A model generated the notes under the pieces. The model worked only from the letters and a program-made list of their open reading frames with translations. It did no database searches and was not told the origin of the DNA. A stretch of 63,967 nt of DNA, the filler included, from Candidatus Methanoxibalbensis ujae (lineage in GTDB: Archaea; Halobacteriota; Syntropharchaeia; Alkanophagales; Methanospirareceae), in assembly GCA_026134085.1 (NCBI GenBank). It is 3 parts of 3 records of this genome, joined end to end, with 100 filler letters (N's around TTAATTAATTAA, not from the genome) between each part and the next. Parts side by side here need not be neighbours in the genome. Positions count along the whole stretch, not along the records: positions 1 to 26,217 come from JAOQIN010000024.1; positions 26,318 to 51,113 come from JAOQIN010000025.1; 1 more part is not named here. One strand, written 5' to 3'. The translations under genes were made by a program, and so were the position numbers. Numbering within the stretch: position 1 is the stretch's first letter; each line of letters begins with the position of its first letter. This document shows positions 21,379-31,818 of the stretch, one piece after another.

Positions 21379-22271
21379 GGAAGGCGGGTATAGAGGACAT
21401 TCTCATAGAGGCATTGCCATACATTCGCAGGTTTTACGGTGCGAAGATCGTGATAAAGATAGGAGGGCATGCGCTTATCAACGATGAAATGATGGAAAGC
21501 ATAACGAAAGATATTGTTCTGCTCAAATTTGTCGGAATAAATCCGATTATAGTGCATGGTGGCGGGCCAGAGATAACAAAATTGATGGAGAAACTGGGGA
21601 GGAAACCCAAATTTGTTGCTGGATTGAGGATAACTGACGAGGAGACCATGAAGATCGCGAGGATGGTTCTCGTTGGTGATGTGAATGAGAAGATAGTATC
21701 TCTCATAGGGAAGCATGGCGGAAAGGCGGTGGGACTTTCGGGAAATGACGGCAATCTCATAGTCGCTCGCCGCAAGGAGAAGCTGATAGTGCATGTTGAA
21801 GGCAAAACGAGAGAAGTTGACCTTGGTTGGGTGGGCGATGTTGAGAAGATAAACGCGGAGATCGTTGAGATACTGTCCGAAAGGGGATATATTCCAGTGA
21901 TTGCGCCGGTTGCAGTTGATAGCAATGGTAACAGCCTGAATGTGAATGCTGATACAGTCGCTGGTGAGATTGCAAATGCGCTCAATGCCTCAAAGTTCAT
22001 ACTGCTCACAGATGTTCCAGGCATTTTGAGAAATTCTTCAGACGAGTCATCGCTCATATCAGAGATATCATGTGATGAACTCAGGCGGATGATTGCTGAC
22101 GGCGTAATAAGCGAGGGAATGATTCCGAAGGTGCAGGCATGTCTTAATGTTGTTGAATCATCTCCCTCAATCACATGTCACATCATTGACGGTCGCAGGC
22201 GGCATTCGCTTCTTCTTGAACTTTTCACGGATGAGGGCATCGGAACAATGATAGTTGGGTCAAATGTCTGA
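21375..22271 (+). CDS. argB: acetylglutamate kinase
   Basis: EALPYIRRF, VIKIGG, VHGGGPEI, GLRITD, NVNAD, GMIPK and ELFTDEGIGT. Confidence 0.96.
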   Translation: MRKAGIEDILIEALPYIRRFYGAKIVIKIGGHALINDEMMESITKDIVLLKFVGINPIIVHGGGPEITKLMEKLGRKPKFVAGLRITDEETMKIARMVLVGDVNEKIVSLIGKHGGKAVGLSGNDGNLIVARRKEKLIVHVEGKTREVDLGWVGDVEKINAEIVEILSERGYIPVIAPVAVDSNGNSLNVNADTVAGEIANALNASKFILLTDVPGILRNSSDESSLISEISCDELRRMIADGVISEGMIPKVQACLNVVESSPSITCHIIDGRRRHSLLLELFTDEGIGTMIVGSNV

Positions 22272-22344
22272 GTGTGGAGCTTGCTCGGATGCCCGGCTCG
22301 GGAACATCTCTCTCAGATGAGGTGTGAGCATCTCAGGAAGTGAA

Positions 22345-24231
22345 ATGAGCATCTCAGGAATTCTCATATTGGCGCTGTTTCTCTCTCTCACAATCGTGTC
22401 GGCAGCGCAGGGCAGAGTGCTCATAACGGAGGTCTATGCGGATACAAAGATGAAAGGAGAGCCCGATGAGTTCATCGCAATACAAAATTTCGGCGATACC
22501 CCCGTGAACATAAGCGGATGGAGAGTTTCTGATGGCGAGGGCACTTTCATGCTGAAATCCACAATTCAACCGCATCAGAAAATATATATCACGCGCAATG
22601 CGAGCGCGTTTGATGCTGAGTTTGAAGCTGATGGCATAAATGCCGATTTTGAATGGACGGGCTCATCCGGTATTTCACTGCACGGCGAGGGAATGTTCGC
22701 ACTGCGAAACGCAGGAGACGAGGTTGTTCTCCTGGATTCTCACGGGAATATAGTTGATTCGATAGCTTTCGGAGATTCAGATGGATGCAGGGGGTGGCAT
22801 GATGAACCTCTCCCAAAAGCTCCTGAGGGACACATGTTAAAGCGAAAGTGCAGCACTGATACCACTGCCACAGATACCACAGACATCACAGATACAGACA
22901 GAAAATGTGATTGGGTCGTCCTTCCCGTTCATATGCCATGCTTCTGCGCTGAGATATTTTATGCACAGGAGATATGCGCGTTTGTATCTCCGGATTGCAG
23001 TTTTGAAGTCATAGCTGGCGAGTTCTCAAACGCCTCATCATATATACTCGTGAACACATATGAGTTTGAGAGTCTCACGCTTAAAGATCTGCTTAAAAAT
23101 GCGATAATGCGCGGTGTTGATGTGAAAATACTGATGGAACGCAGGCCTATTGGAGGAATGTCTGATAAGGCTATCGCAATAATAAGAGAATTGAGAGATG
23201 CAGGTGCTGATATACGGCTTTTAAATCTGCATAACGCAGTGAATCACGCGAAATATGTTGTTATTGACGGCGAATCGGTGATAGTGATGTCCGAGAACCT
23301 GAAGGATTCTGGCTTTCCTGAGGAGCGAACATATGGAAATCGCGGCTTTGGCGCGGTTCTGAGGAGCGAAAAACTTGCTGAACACTTCAAAACACTTTTT
23401 TACGCGGATTTTAACAGCGACTATGCGGTGTCAGCGGAGGATGCGGGATATTATGCATATTGTGAGAATGAGAAGTATGAGCATGAATATGAATATGAAT
23501 ATGAGTATGAGAAGAGTGCATATAAGAGCAGTATGAGGAGAGGAGGTTCTGCATATGAGCCCGTTTTCAAGAAGATCTGCGTTGAACACAACATCTCAGT
23601 GAAAGCGCTTATAGCCCCCGACAACATGCTTGATGCCATTCTGAGTGCGTTTGAAGATGCTGAACACCGCATATATGTTGCGCTTCTCTCATCGGAGAAA
23701 ATATGGGACGACAGAAACAGCTGCTCATTTGCGTGCACATCGGGCGATATAAATCCTCTTCTCAACGCTTTGATAAATGCAGCTCGCCGGGGATGCGATG
23801 TAAAAGTGCTTCTTGATTCCAACTATTTAAAAGGAGATAACGACAATGATGATGTGGCTGAATGGCTGAATGCTCTTGCAAAAAGGGAGAACATAAGTCT
23901 AAAAGCTGAGATTGCTGATTTGAATGCGTTAAAACTGTTCAAAATACATTGCAAATGCGCTGTTATTGATGACAGAGTGCTCATATCCTCCATGAACTGG
24001 AAATCAGGAGCGACATGCAACCGTGAAGCTGGTGTAATTGTTGAGAACAGGCGTATAGCTGACTATTATGCGGATGTGTTCATGCACGATTGGAACTTGA
24101 GCGGGCACATGAGTCGTGGCGCTTATGGCGCTTATCCCGTATCACGCGCAGTATCACGCGCAGTCGGCATAGCACTGACTTTCGCCGTTTCTTTCCTGAT
24201 ATTCATGCTCATCAGACGATTCAGGTCATAG
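22345..24231 (+). CDS. secreted, membrane-anchored phospholipase D-family protein with lamin-tail domain
   Basis: Signal peptide, VLITEVY..DEFIAI LTD, two HKD motifs (HAKYVVID, HCKCAVID) and a C-terminal TM helix followed by RR. Confidence 0.85.
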   Translation: MSISGILILALFLSLTIVSAAQGRVLITEVYADTKMKGEPDEFIAIQNFGDTPVNISGWRVSDGEGTFMLKSTIQPHQKIYITRNASAFDAEFEADGINADFEWTGSSGISLHGEGMFALRNAGDEVVLLDSHGNIVDSIAFGDSDGCRGWHDEPLPKAPEGHMLKRKCSTDTTATDTTDITDTDRKCDWVVLPVHMPCFCAEIFYAQEICAFVSPDCSFEVIAGEFSNASSYILVNTYEFESLTLKDLLKNAIMRGVDVKILMERRPIGGMSDKAIAIIRELRDAGADIRLLNLHNAVNHAKYVVIDGESVIVMSENLKDSGFPEERTYGNRGFGAVLRSEKLAEHFKTLFYADFNSDYAVSAEDAGYYAYCENEKYEHEYEYEYEYEKSAYKSSMRRGGSAYEPVFKKICVEHNISVKALIAPDNMLDAILSAFEDAEHRIYVALLSSEKIWDDRNSCSFACTSGDINPLLNALINAARRGCDVKVLLDSNYLKGDNDNDDVAEWLNALAKRENISLKAEIADLNALKLFKIHCKCAVIDDRVLISSMNWKSGATCNREAGVIVENRRIADYYADVFMHDWNLSGHMSRGAYGAYPVSRAVSRAVGIALTFAVSFLIFMLIRRFRS

Positions 24232-24305
24232 CTGCTGCTCATCATTGTGATGAAGCATCTCCTCTGCCCCGATATGAGGCTGAAATCCTGATATGAGGCT
24301 AAAAG

Positions 24306-25223
24306 CTAAAAGACAGAGAAACCGCGATGCAGACCGAATTTAAGAGCGGTTTCAACTACTTTGCGATATTCACTCATCCTCACCGTTCGGTTTATCTCCC
24401 TATACTCATGCGCCTTGAACAAAGGGCGATATTGAAACATGATATTGACATAGGTGTCTTTTGAGAGTTCAGCGATGAATTTAATTATTTCCTCAGCGCC
24501 TGCAACATCATCAGGCATGACAAGATGACGGACAATAAGTCCTCTGACAGCGATACCGCGCTCATCAACAACCAAATCACCGACTTGACTGTGCATCTCC
24601 TTCACTGCTTGCCGGCACACATCAAAATAATCAGGAGCATTTGAATATTTTTCAGCACTATGTGAATTGCTGTATTTTATATCCGGCATGTATATGTCAA
24701 TGATGCCATCCAGAAGTCGCAATGTTTTCACCGATTCGTAGCCGCCGCAGTTGTAGACGATTGGAACACGCAGTCCTCTCTCCGCCGCAGTTTTTATTGC
24801 CGCGACGATTTGAGGGGTGAAGTGCGTGGGCGTCACGAAATTGATGTTGTGGCATCCCAAACGCTGCAGTTTCAGCATCATTTCCGCAAGTTCATCCTCG
24901 CTCACCTCGTATCCGATGCCGAGATGACTTATGTCGTAGTTCTGGCAGAATACACATCTCAGATTGCAGTTTGTCAGGAATATTGTGCCCGAGCCGTGCG
25001 TTCCTACGAGAACATCCTCCTCGCCGAAGTGAGGGTGTGCAGAAGCAACCTTGACATTTGCTGTCGAGCGGCAGAATCCAGTTTCACCGCTCAGACGATC
25101 AACACCGCATTCCCTCGGACATAGTTCACAATGACGCAGCATCTCATATAACCTCTCAATCCGTTCATCAATCTCGCCGCTTTCGCAGAGCTCAATATAT
25201 GAAGCAGCGCTCATCAGTATCAA
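24306..25223 (-). CDS. PflX-like radical SAM protein
   Basis: CELCPRECGVDR, HFGEE, CNLRCVFCQN, HNINFVTPTH, DIYMPDIKY and RHLVMP; start may be ATG 25214. Confidence 0.9.
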   Translation of the reverse strand: MILMSAASYIELCESGEIDERIERLYEMLRHCELCPRECGVDRLSGETGFCRSTANVKVASAHPHFGEEDVLVGTHGSGTIFLTNCNLRCVFCQNYDISHLGIGYEVSEDELAEMMLKLQRLGCHNINFVTPTHFTPQIVAAIKTAAERGLRVPIVYNCGGYESVKTLRLLDGIIDIYMPDIKYSNSHSAEKYSNAPDYFDVCRQAVKEMHSQVGDLVVDERGIAVRGLIVRHLVMPDDVAGAEEIIKFIAELSKDTYVNIMFQYRPLFKAHEYREINRTVRMSEYRKVVETALKFGLHRGFSVF

Positions 25224-25258
25224 TCATCTGTATTAAATGAGAAAATATAATATGGATT

Positions 25259-26044
25259 ATGGCTGTAATCGCCATTGCGGGTAAGGGAGGCGTCGGTAAA
25301 ACTGTGATTTCAGCGCTTATGCTCCGTTGTTTTGTTGAGAATGATGAGATAAGAGAGAAGGGAGTGCTCGTGATAGATGCAGATCCCTCCGTCAGTCTGC
25401 CTTTCGCATTGGGCCTGGAAGTGAAAAGGACAATAGGAGATCTGAGGGAGAAAATATCGGGCGGTTATGAAGGACCCGTAGATGTGCTGATAGAGAATGA
25501 AATATCTGATATAATTGTGAGAACTCATCTTTTCTCGCTCATCGCAATGGGTCGTCCTGAGGGGCCCGGATGCTACTGCCTCGTGAACGATATGCTGCGG
25601 CATTTTATTGCGAGACTTTCATCCCGCTTCGGCACAATACTCATAGACTGCGAGGCAGGTCTTGAGCATCTCAGCAGAAGGACAACGCAGGATGTTGATG
25701 TGATGATAGTGGTGAGCGATGTCACGAAAAGAGGACTCATGACAGCTGCGGCAATAAAGAATCTGTCAGAGCACATTCACATAAATTTCAGACACGCTTT
25801 TCTCGTGATCAACAAAGTGCCCGACGCACACCCGGTGCATATTGAAGAAGCTGAGAGGATAACAGGCATGCGCGTCGCAGGTATTGTCCCTGAGGATCAT
25901 ATCGTGCAGTCTTTTGACAGGGAGGGAAAACCCATATTTGAGATTCCAGATGAATCAAAGGCTGTAATCGCCGTCCGCATTATAGCAGATTTCGTCATCT
26001 CCAAAATTTCTCCAAAAACTTCCGCGCATACCGATTTTCAATGA
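25259..26044 (+). CDS. cooC: CooC/AcsF-type nickel-insertion ATPase
   Basis: GKGGVGKT, IDADP, GRPEGPGCYC and DCEAGLEHLSR. Confidence 0.88.
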   Translation: MAVIAIAGKGGVGKTVISALMLRCFVENDEIREKGVLVIDADPSVSLPFALGLEVKRTIGDLREKISGGYEGPVDVLIENEISDIIVRTHLFSLIAMGRPEGPGCYCLVNDMLRHFIARLSSRFGTILIDCEAGLEHLSRRTTQDVDVMIVVSDVTKRGLMTAAAIKNLSEHIHINFRHAFLVINKVPDAHPVHIEEAERITGMRVAGIVPEDHIVQSFDREGKPIFEIPDESKAVIAVRIIADFVISKISPKTSAHTDFQ

Positions 26045-26217
26045 AACTTAACGCATGAACGGCAGGGCGCAATACTCTGTCGTCAATTGTCCATCTGATA
26101 AACAACTGTGGTTGTATGATCAAATTATTGTCTTGAGCAGAACTTTTCATACTAAAATTGAAGAAATTTGATTCATGGGGGAGAAAGCAAATTTATGAAG
26201 TAATAAAGCACATGCCA

Positions 26218-26317
26218 NNNNNNNNNNNNNNNNNNNNNNNNNNNNNNNNNNNNNNNNNNNNTTAATTAATTAANNNNNNNNNNNNNNNNNNNNNNNNNNN
26301 NNNNNNNNNNNNNNNNN
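26218..26317. other. artificial contig spacer (N44-TTAATTAATTAA-N44)
   Basis: 100-nt N block with a central all-frame stop linker. Confidence 0.98.
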
Positions 26318-27021
26318 GGACTGGCAGTTGGAGTTGGAGACGGAGAAGATGCGGGTGTTGGAGAAGGACTTGGACTTGATGTAGGGACAGGAGCCTTTGT
26401 AAACCTAATTACAAGGGTTTTACCACTAATCGCTAATCCTCTGACTGTCCTTTTGTCAGAGCTGGTTGAATTCCCTTTCAAATCTTCTACTGAGCTAATT
26501 ATCCATCCTTTAGGAACAGTAAAAGATACAGCATCACTATCATTCAGTCCTACCCTGCTATAAACGTGCTCATTCTTATCTTCAAGATTCCACTTCATTG
26601 TATAATTACACGTAATTATAATTTCCTTTTCATAATCTTTCAAACCTCTCTCCTTCCCCGCATCACAATCAACATCTATTATATTGCCCCTGACGCCGTC
26701 AATGAAAGTATTTTCAGTCTCACCTTTTTCCTTTTCAGGTTTCTCGAGCTCCTCTCTCATGTATCTTTTGAGTTCATCAAACTGACAGTATCCATCAGGT
26801 TTCCCAGGTGGGCGGGACTTTGAATAATAATTTGCATCAATATATTTAGCTAATAACTTAGCGTCTTCTCCCGTCCAGTGGTATACATGAGTAGATTGAA
26901 CCTCTTCCATATTTAGCATCACAGTCTCCTCGGTATATGTATAAGATGCACTCACTATTGTCATCATACTCAATATAAAAGCTGTCACTAAAACCAAAAC
27001 CATTCCGAGTTTCTTATTCAT
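26318..27021 (-). CDS. secreted/surface protein with Pro/Ser/Thr linker, truncated by the contig end
   Basis: MNKKLG + hydrophobic signal peptide; PTSSPSPSPTP linker runs into the gap. Confidence 0.75.
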
Positions 27022-27041
27022 CTCTGAAAAACACCCCCACC

Positions 27042-27209
27042 TTACTTTAGCTTCTTTCCTTTATCATCGTAAGCCCCACCGAATATTTTGTTCCATGCCT
27101 CTTCCGGCGGTATTGCTCCACTTGCGCATCCAGCGGTTACGATTACGAATGCCAACATTGCGGGCATCAGCAAGGAAATTACTGAAATACATAATTTACG
27201 CATTTTCAT
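27042..27209 (-). pseudogene. truncated N-terminus of a secreted WNKxFGG-repeat (beta-propeller-like) protein
   Basis: Hand translation MKMRKLCISVISLLMPAMLAFVIVTAGCASGAIPPEEAWNKIFGGAYDDKGKKLK. Confidence 0.45.
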
Positions 27210-27282
27210 ACTTATGGCTACTTATCCATTAAAAAGCTTTTCGGTTTTTGCTGACAAATGTGAGAGGCTAATGGCGTGGGCG

Positions 27283-28692
27283 CTAAGATTTTTGGATGAT
27301 GCCTCTCGCAGCGAGTATTCCTGTTGCGGCTGCATTCACGATGTCTCTTGAGAGACCGGCACCGTCCCCAGCTGCGAATAGATTTCTCACGGAAGTCTCC
27401 ATTTTATCGCTCACGCAAAGCCGCATCGCATAGAATTTTATCTCAGGTGCGTAGAGAAGCGTTGAGTCCGCAGCAACCCCAGGTATTATTCTGTCAAGTT
27501 TCTCCAACCCTTCAACAATATCCATGACTATTCTGTGCGGTAGTGCCATTGATATGTCTCCGGGAGTGACATCTTTGAGCGTATTTTTCACCAAAGACCT
27601 CCTTATTCGCTCTGGAGTTGACCTCCGTCCTCTTTTCAAGTCGCCCATGCGCTGAATAATGGGTTTTCCTCCGCCGATTGTCGTTGCGAGTTTCGCTATT
27701 GACTTGCCGTATTCTGTGGTGTTCTCAACAGGCTCCGTAAGCTCAACCCTCACGAGAAATGCGAAGTTCGTGTTCTCCGATTTTTTGTCTTTAAACGAAT
27801 GACCGTTCACTCCAATGAAGTCATCATAGACCTCCTTGACAACGAATCCTCGCTCATTCGTGCAGAAAGTCCTCGTGAAGTCCTCGTAAGTGTCTGTTCT
27901 TATGTGAAATTTCGGGTCTCTGTTTATTTTTGTCACTGGATCCATCGTAATTGCGGGAACTTCAACACGAACTCCGACATCAATACCCGCATATTGGCTC
28001 TCAATGCCATATTTCTCAATCAAACTCTCAACCCAAGAGGCTCCCACTCGCCCAGGTGCAAGGATTGTGAATCTGCTCCTTATTTCCTCTCCCCGCTCTG
28101 TAATTACGCCTCTGCAAATCTTGACGCTCTCACCGCTGCTTTCATCCTTTCCATCTTCAATAATTAAGTCGGAAATGCAAGTTTTGAGCATGAATTCAAC
28201 GCCATTCTGCTCCAAATCTCGCTTGAAGTTCTCAATAATTTCCTTCGTTCTGTCAGAGCCTATATGTCTTTGCTCTATTTCTATGAAACTTGCGCCTACT
28301 GCTGCCGCTCTTCGCTTCAAATTCTCAATTTCATCCTTATCGCCCTTGTAAATTTTGTCAGGCATGCCGTGAGCGAGGAATATTTTGTCAACATATCTCA
28401 CGAGCGACCAAGCGGTCTCTGCGTCGCAGAACTCCGTCAAATCGCCACCGATGTCAGGACGAAGGTTAAGCGTCCCGTCTGAGAAAGTGCCTGCACCGCC
28501 CAAACCGCACATTATATCGCAGTTCTTGCAGTTCAAGCAATTCAAAGCGGAGTTCATCGGGCAGTGCCTCTCACCTACATCCTTCCCCTTGTCCACGACG
28601 AGAATCCTGTCAAATTTTCCGCAGAGCTCAAAAGCGGCGAAAAGCCCCGCAGGACCCGCACCCACAATGACAACATCGTAAGCCTTGCCCAT
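27283..28692 (-). CDS. FAD-dependent oxidoreductase (COG2509-like)
   Basis: VIVGAGPAG, GLGGAGTFSDG, RHIGSD, DVGVRVE, RTFCTN, NGHS, YAPEIKFY and AAGDGAG. Confidence 0.88.
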   Translation of the reverse strand: MGKAYDVVIVGAGPAGLFAAFELCGKFDRILVVDKGKDVGERHCPMNSALNCLNCKNCDIMCGLGGAGTFSDGTLNLRPDIGGDLTEFCDAETAWSLVRYVDKIFLAHGMPDKIYKGDKDEIENLKRRAAAVGASFIEIEQRHIGSDRTKEIIENFKRDLEQNGVEFMLKTCISDLIIEDGKDESSGESVKICRGVITERGEEIRSRFTILAPGRVGASWVESLIEKYGIESQYAGIDVGVRVEVPAITMDPVTKINRDPKFHIRTDTYEDFTRTFCTNERGFVVKEVYDDFIGVNGHSFKDKKSENTNFAFLVRVELTEPVENTTEYGKSIAKLATTIGGGKPIIQRMGDLKRGRRSTPERIRRSLVKNTLKDVTPGDISMALPHRIVMDIVEGLEKLDRIIPGVAADSTLLYAPEIKFYAMRLCVSDKMETSVRNLFAAGDGAGLSRDIVNAAATGILAARGIIQKS

Positions 28693-28755
28693 TTTCCCAC
28701 ACGCTCAAGCTAATTTGCCCCCTCTCCTCGCTCTCGCCTCGCCCCTCTTCCCAGA

Positions 28756-28829
28756 CGGGCCGGGAGGGATTTGAACCCCCGACTGGCAGGTTAAGAGCCT
28801 GCTGCTCTACCGTGCTGAGCTACCGGCCC
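28756..28829 (-). tRNA. tRNA-Lys (CUU), intronless, no encoded CCA
   Basis: Reverse complement GGGCCGGTAGCTCAGCACGGTAGAGCAGCAGGCTCTTAACCTGCCAGTCGGGGGTTCAAATCCCTCCCGGCCCG folds as a cloverleaf with anticodon CTT. Confidence 0.96.
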
Positions 28830-28950
28830 ACCATTCATTATTTCACTTTTTTAAATAAAAGTGTCGCTTCATGCTCATAAGCCGATGCAAGGAGCAGGCG
28901 GAGATGGAATTCTCTAAAAAACGCCCAACTTTTTATAAGCGGATGAGGAA

Positions 28951-30270
28951 ATGAGGAATGAGATGGCGGAGCGAAGAGGCATTCAGTATTTCACGCTCTC
29001 CGAGATTGAGCCACGCATCTGGTTCATGCTCACGGGTTGCAATTTCAGATGCAGGGGATGCTTCAGACCTGCTCGTGACGGAGGAGGCGTTCTTTTAACT
29101 GCGGAGGAGGCGCTTTCTCTCGCTGAGAAGGCGTGTGAGAAGTGCTATGGTTTCTTGCCGAAGAAGGCGATGATTACGGGCGGCGAACCGACAATAAGCA
29201 GAGATTTCTTACTTTCGCTGATTTCGGGTTTAAGGGAGCGAGGATTTGAGGAGATTGTGCTTATGACGAATGGCTATGCGATAGGCGAGGATGCGAGTGG
29301 CAGTTACGCTCACGCATTGAAATCCGCAGGACTCACGGAAGTTCACATTGACATTAAAGCGTTTTCTGATGAAATTCACCGCTGGTATACTGGAAAGTCA
29401 AACAAACCTGTGCTTTCCGCTGTGAAGATGCTTTACGATGAAGGCATTGAACTGCTTGCGCAAACAATTTACATTCCAGGGATTGTTCAAGCGGATGAAA
29501 TTGAGCGAATTGCAGCGTTCCTTGCATCTATTGATGAAAACATTAAATATCGGATTAACCCATTCGCACCGACATTCGCATTTGAGCGAGTCTCAAGGGC
29601 TCCGACGATTGAAGAGATGGAGCGTGCTTACGAGGCGGCGAAGAAGCACCTGAAGAATGTGATTGTGAGCAGGAGTTGCTTCAGGGAGTTCCCGACGCCT
29701 CCGCCTCAGCGCACATGGCTCACTGTCTACCCAGACCTCACAGTGAAGCGAAGGAGCATGAAAGACCAGAACGAAGAGCGATTGCAGTGGCTTCGCCGAC
29801 CGAGGAGCAGAGTTCTCGCAGACTTTGAGCGAGAGTTAGCGTGGGATTTCAAGCTGAGGGAGCGAATTCTAAGTGCTGGAAACTCCGCCGTAGCAACCGG
29901 AGAAGCGAAAGAAGGCGAAGGTGCGAGTGGCAGCGACCACACCGTAAAGGTGAAGTTCTCCTCTGCACTGCTTCCGCTTACGAAGAAGAGGGAGCTCGTC
30001 CTGAAATTGAGCGACGGCGTCGGAGCTTCTTCTGCGCCTGCGGATGCTGCGGAAGGAGGAGCGAAGGCTCGTAGTTCAGCGACCCTTCGTGAAGTTTTGA
30101 GGCGTCTCGCAGAGATTTACGGAGAAGCGTTCAAGAAGCGTGTGTTTGACGGCTCTGCGGTGAATGAATTCGTGAATATCTCGCTGAATGGTCGCTTGAT
30201 TGATGATTTAGATGTGGAGGTGCGAGGAGGAGACGAAATAATAATACTGTCTGTGATAAGCGGGGGATGA
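28951..30270 (+). CDS. radical SAM (PflA/activase-like) protein fused to a C-terminal MoaD/ThiS/SAMP ubiquitin-like domain
   Basis: GCNFRCRGC, TGGEPT, MTNG and IDIKAF in the N-terminal part; C-terminal beta-grasp VKVKF..TLREVL..VNISLNGR..GDEIIILSVISGG-stop. Start may be 28963. Confidence 0.85.
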   Translation: MRNEMAERRGIQYFTLSEIEPRIWFMLTGCNFRCRGCFRPARDGGGVLLTAEEALSLAEKACEKCYGFLPKKAMITGGEPTISRDFLLSLISGLRERGFEEIVLMTNGYAIGEDASGSYAHALKSAGLTEVHIDIKAFSDEIHRWYTGKSNKPVLSAVKMLYDEGIELLAQTIYIPGIVQADEIERIAAFLASIDENIKYRINPFAPTFAFERVSRAPTIEEMERAYEAAKKHLKNVIVSRSCFREFPTPPPQRTWLTVYPDLTVKRRSMKDQNEERLQWLRRPRSRVLADFERELAWDFKLRERILSAGNSAVATGEAKEGEGASGSDHTVKVKFSSALLPLTKKRELVLKLSDGVGASSAPADAAEGGAKARSSATLREVLRRLAEIYGEAFKKRVFDGSAVNEFVNISLNGRLIDDLDVEVRGGDEIIILSVISGG

Positions 30271-30389
30271 CATCTGATTCTGCAGCAAAATCAGGCATCG
30301 GCTTTTCACCGCTTGACTGCTACGATTTCCATTTTGCACTTCAGGGCTCACTTTTCGTAGCGTTTTTTGTTGCTTAAGAGGTTCGGAGG

Positions 30390-31616
30390 GTGAGGAGGGC
30401 GTTGCAGTCGCTCTGCAGGTATGTAGGGACTTCGCACAGGGTAGTTCCGCCTGAGGAGACGCTGCGCCGATTTTCACCGAAATTGAGCGTTGCAGGCGTC
30501 ACGAGAATAGCAGACATCACGGGCTTGGACAGGGTCGGGATTCCAGTATTCTCTGCGATGAGACCGAGTGCGAGGAAAGGTGCGGTAAGCGTGCATTCAG
30601 GGAAAGGGACAACAGCGGTAGAGGCGAAAGTTTCAGCGATGATGGAATCGTTTGAGAGATATTCGGCGGAGATGCATTCTGAAGATTTGGTGAGAGGCTC
30701 TTTTTACGAGCTTGAAGGTGAAGGTGCGATAGACCCAAACTCGCTTATCTTGCCTGCGAAGATTGATGCTCGTAACCTCGTTTTAGAATGGGTTTCCGCC
30801 AAAAATCTGTTTGACGGCGAGGAGTATTTAGTGCCTGCGAATGCGGTTTTTCACCCTTACAACCCTTCCGATGCGGGTGCGATGCACATTTTCAGAAGCA
30901 ACACGAACGGTCTCGCATCAGGAAACACGCTTGAGGAGGCGATTCTTCACGGCTTGCTTGAGGTCATAGAGCGGGATGCGTGGAGCTTGGCGGAAGCATC
31001 ACGAAAAACAGCGGGAATAGCATGCGATTCTGTTCCTGAGAGGCTCGCAGCGTTGATTGAGCGTTTTGAGCGTGCAAACATCAAAATCCATTTGCATGAC
31101 ATCACTTCAGATATAGGCATCCCGACGGTCGCAGCGGTTGCTGACGATGTTGAGCTGTGCGATGCTGCTTTTCTTACTTTCGGCGTCGGCACGCACCTTG
31201 ACCCTTCTGTCGCAGTAGCACGAGCATTGACAGAGGTCGCTCAAAATCGTGTCGTTCAAATACAAGGAGCAAGGGAAGACATCGCAGCACAAGTGAAAGC
31301 GATGCGTTCCGTAGGCTACGAGCGAATGAAAGAAATAAACAAGCACTGGTTTTCCCCCGCTGCGATGAAATCATTTGAAGAGATTGAGGACATCTCTGCG
31401 AAAGACATCTCTGAGGACATTCAAATAACACTTGAGGCGCTGCGAAGGCGTAATTTCAAACTCGCTCTCTTCGTTGAACTCACAAGAGAAGAGCTGGGCG
31501 TGCCTGTTGTGCGTGTCATCGTCCCAGGCTTGGAACAGTTCAGCGTGGATGCCTCACGAAAAGGAAAACGCTTCTTCAAAGCACTGCGGGAGAGAAGGAG
31601 AAAACTCAATAACTGA
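30390..31616 (+). CDS. ycaO: YcaO-family protein (methanogen/MCR thioamidation type)
   Basis: GTSHRVVPPEET, GVTRIADITGLDRVGIP, GKG..SAMMESFER, SNTNGLASGN..EVIERDA and PVVRVIVPGLE. Confidence 0.92.
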   Translation: MRRALQSLCRYVGTSHRVVPPEETLRRFSPKLSVAGVTRIADITGLDRVGIPVFSAMRPSARKGAVSVHSGKGTTAVEAKVSAMMESFERYSAEMHSEDLVRGSFYELEGEGAIDPNSLILPAKIDARNLVLEWVSAKNLFDGEEYLVPANAVFHPYNPSDAGAMHIFRSNTNGLASGNTLEEAILHGLLEVIERDAWSLAEASRKTAGIACDSVPERLAALIERFERANIKIHLHDITSDIGIPTVAAVADDVELCDAAFLTFGVGTHLDPSVAVARALTEVAQNRVVQIQGAREDIAAQVKAMRSVGYERMKEINKHWFSPAAMKSFEEIEDISAKDISEDIQITLEALRRRNFKLALFVELTREELGVPVVRVIVPGLEQFSVDASRKGKRFFKALRERRRKLNN

Positions 31617-31818
31617 CGCCGATTTGGCTGTGAGGCGTGGGCAACACTAAGCGAGTAGGAGCAAACAGGGGCGGGGCAAGGCGAGGGGGGGGAAGGGAAG
31701 AGGGAGGGGGAAGAGAGCAGCAATGCGGGTAGAGTGTCGTGGAATGGTAGGCGAGAAAAGTAAATGCGGGGAGGAAGAGAGAGGTTTTATATAGAGAGAA
31801 TTTGAATTTAAATGTGAA

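Noticed and set aside
26218..26317. TTAATTAATTAA palindrome as a biological site
   Set aside because: An identical linker is centred in both 100-nt N blocks, so it is a concatenation artefact; gene adjacency across the spacers is meaningless.
27042..28829. Island integrated at tRNA-Lys
   Set aside because: No integrase and no duplicated tRNA 3' end seen; the neighbour is an ordinary oxidoreductase.
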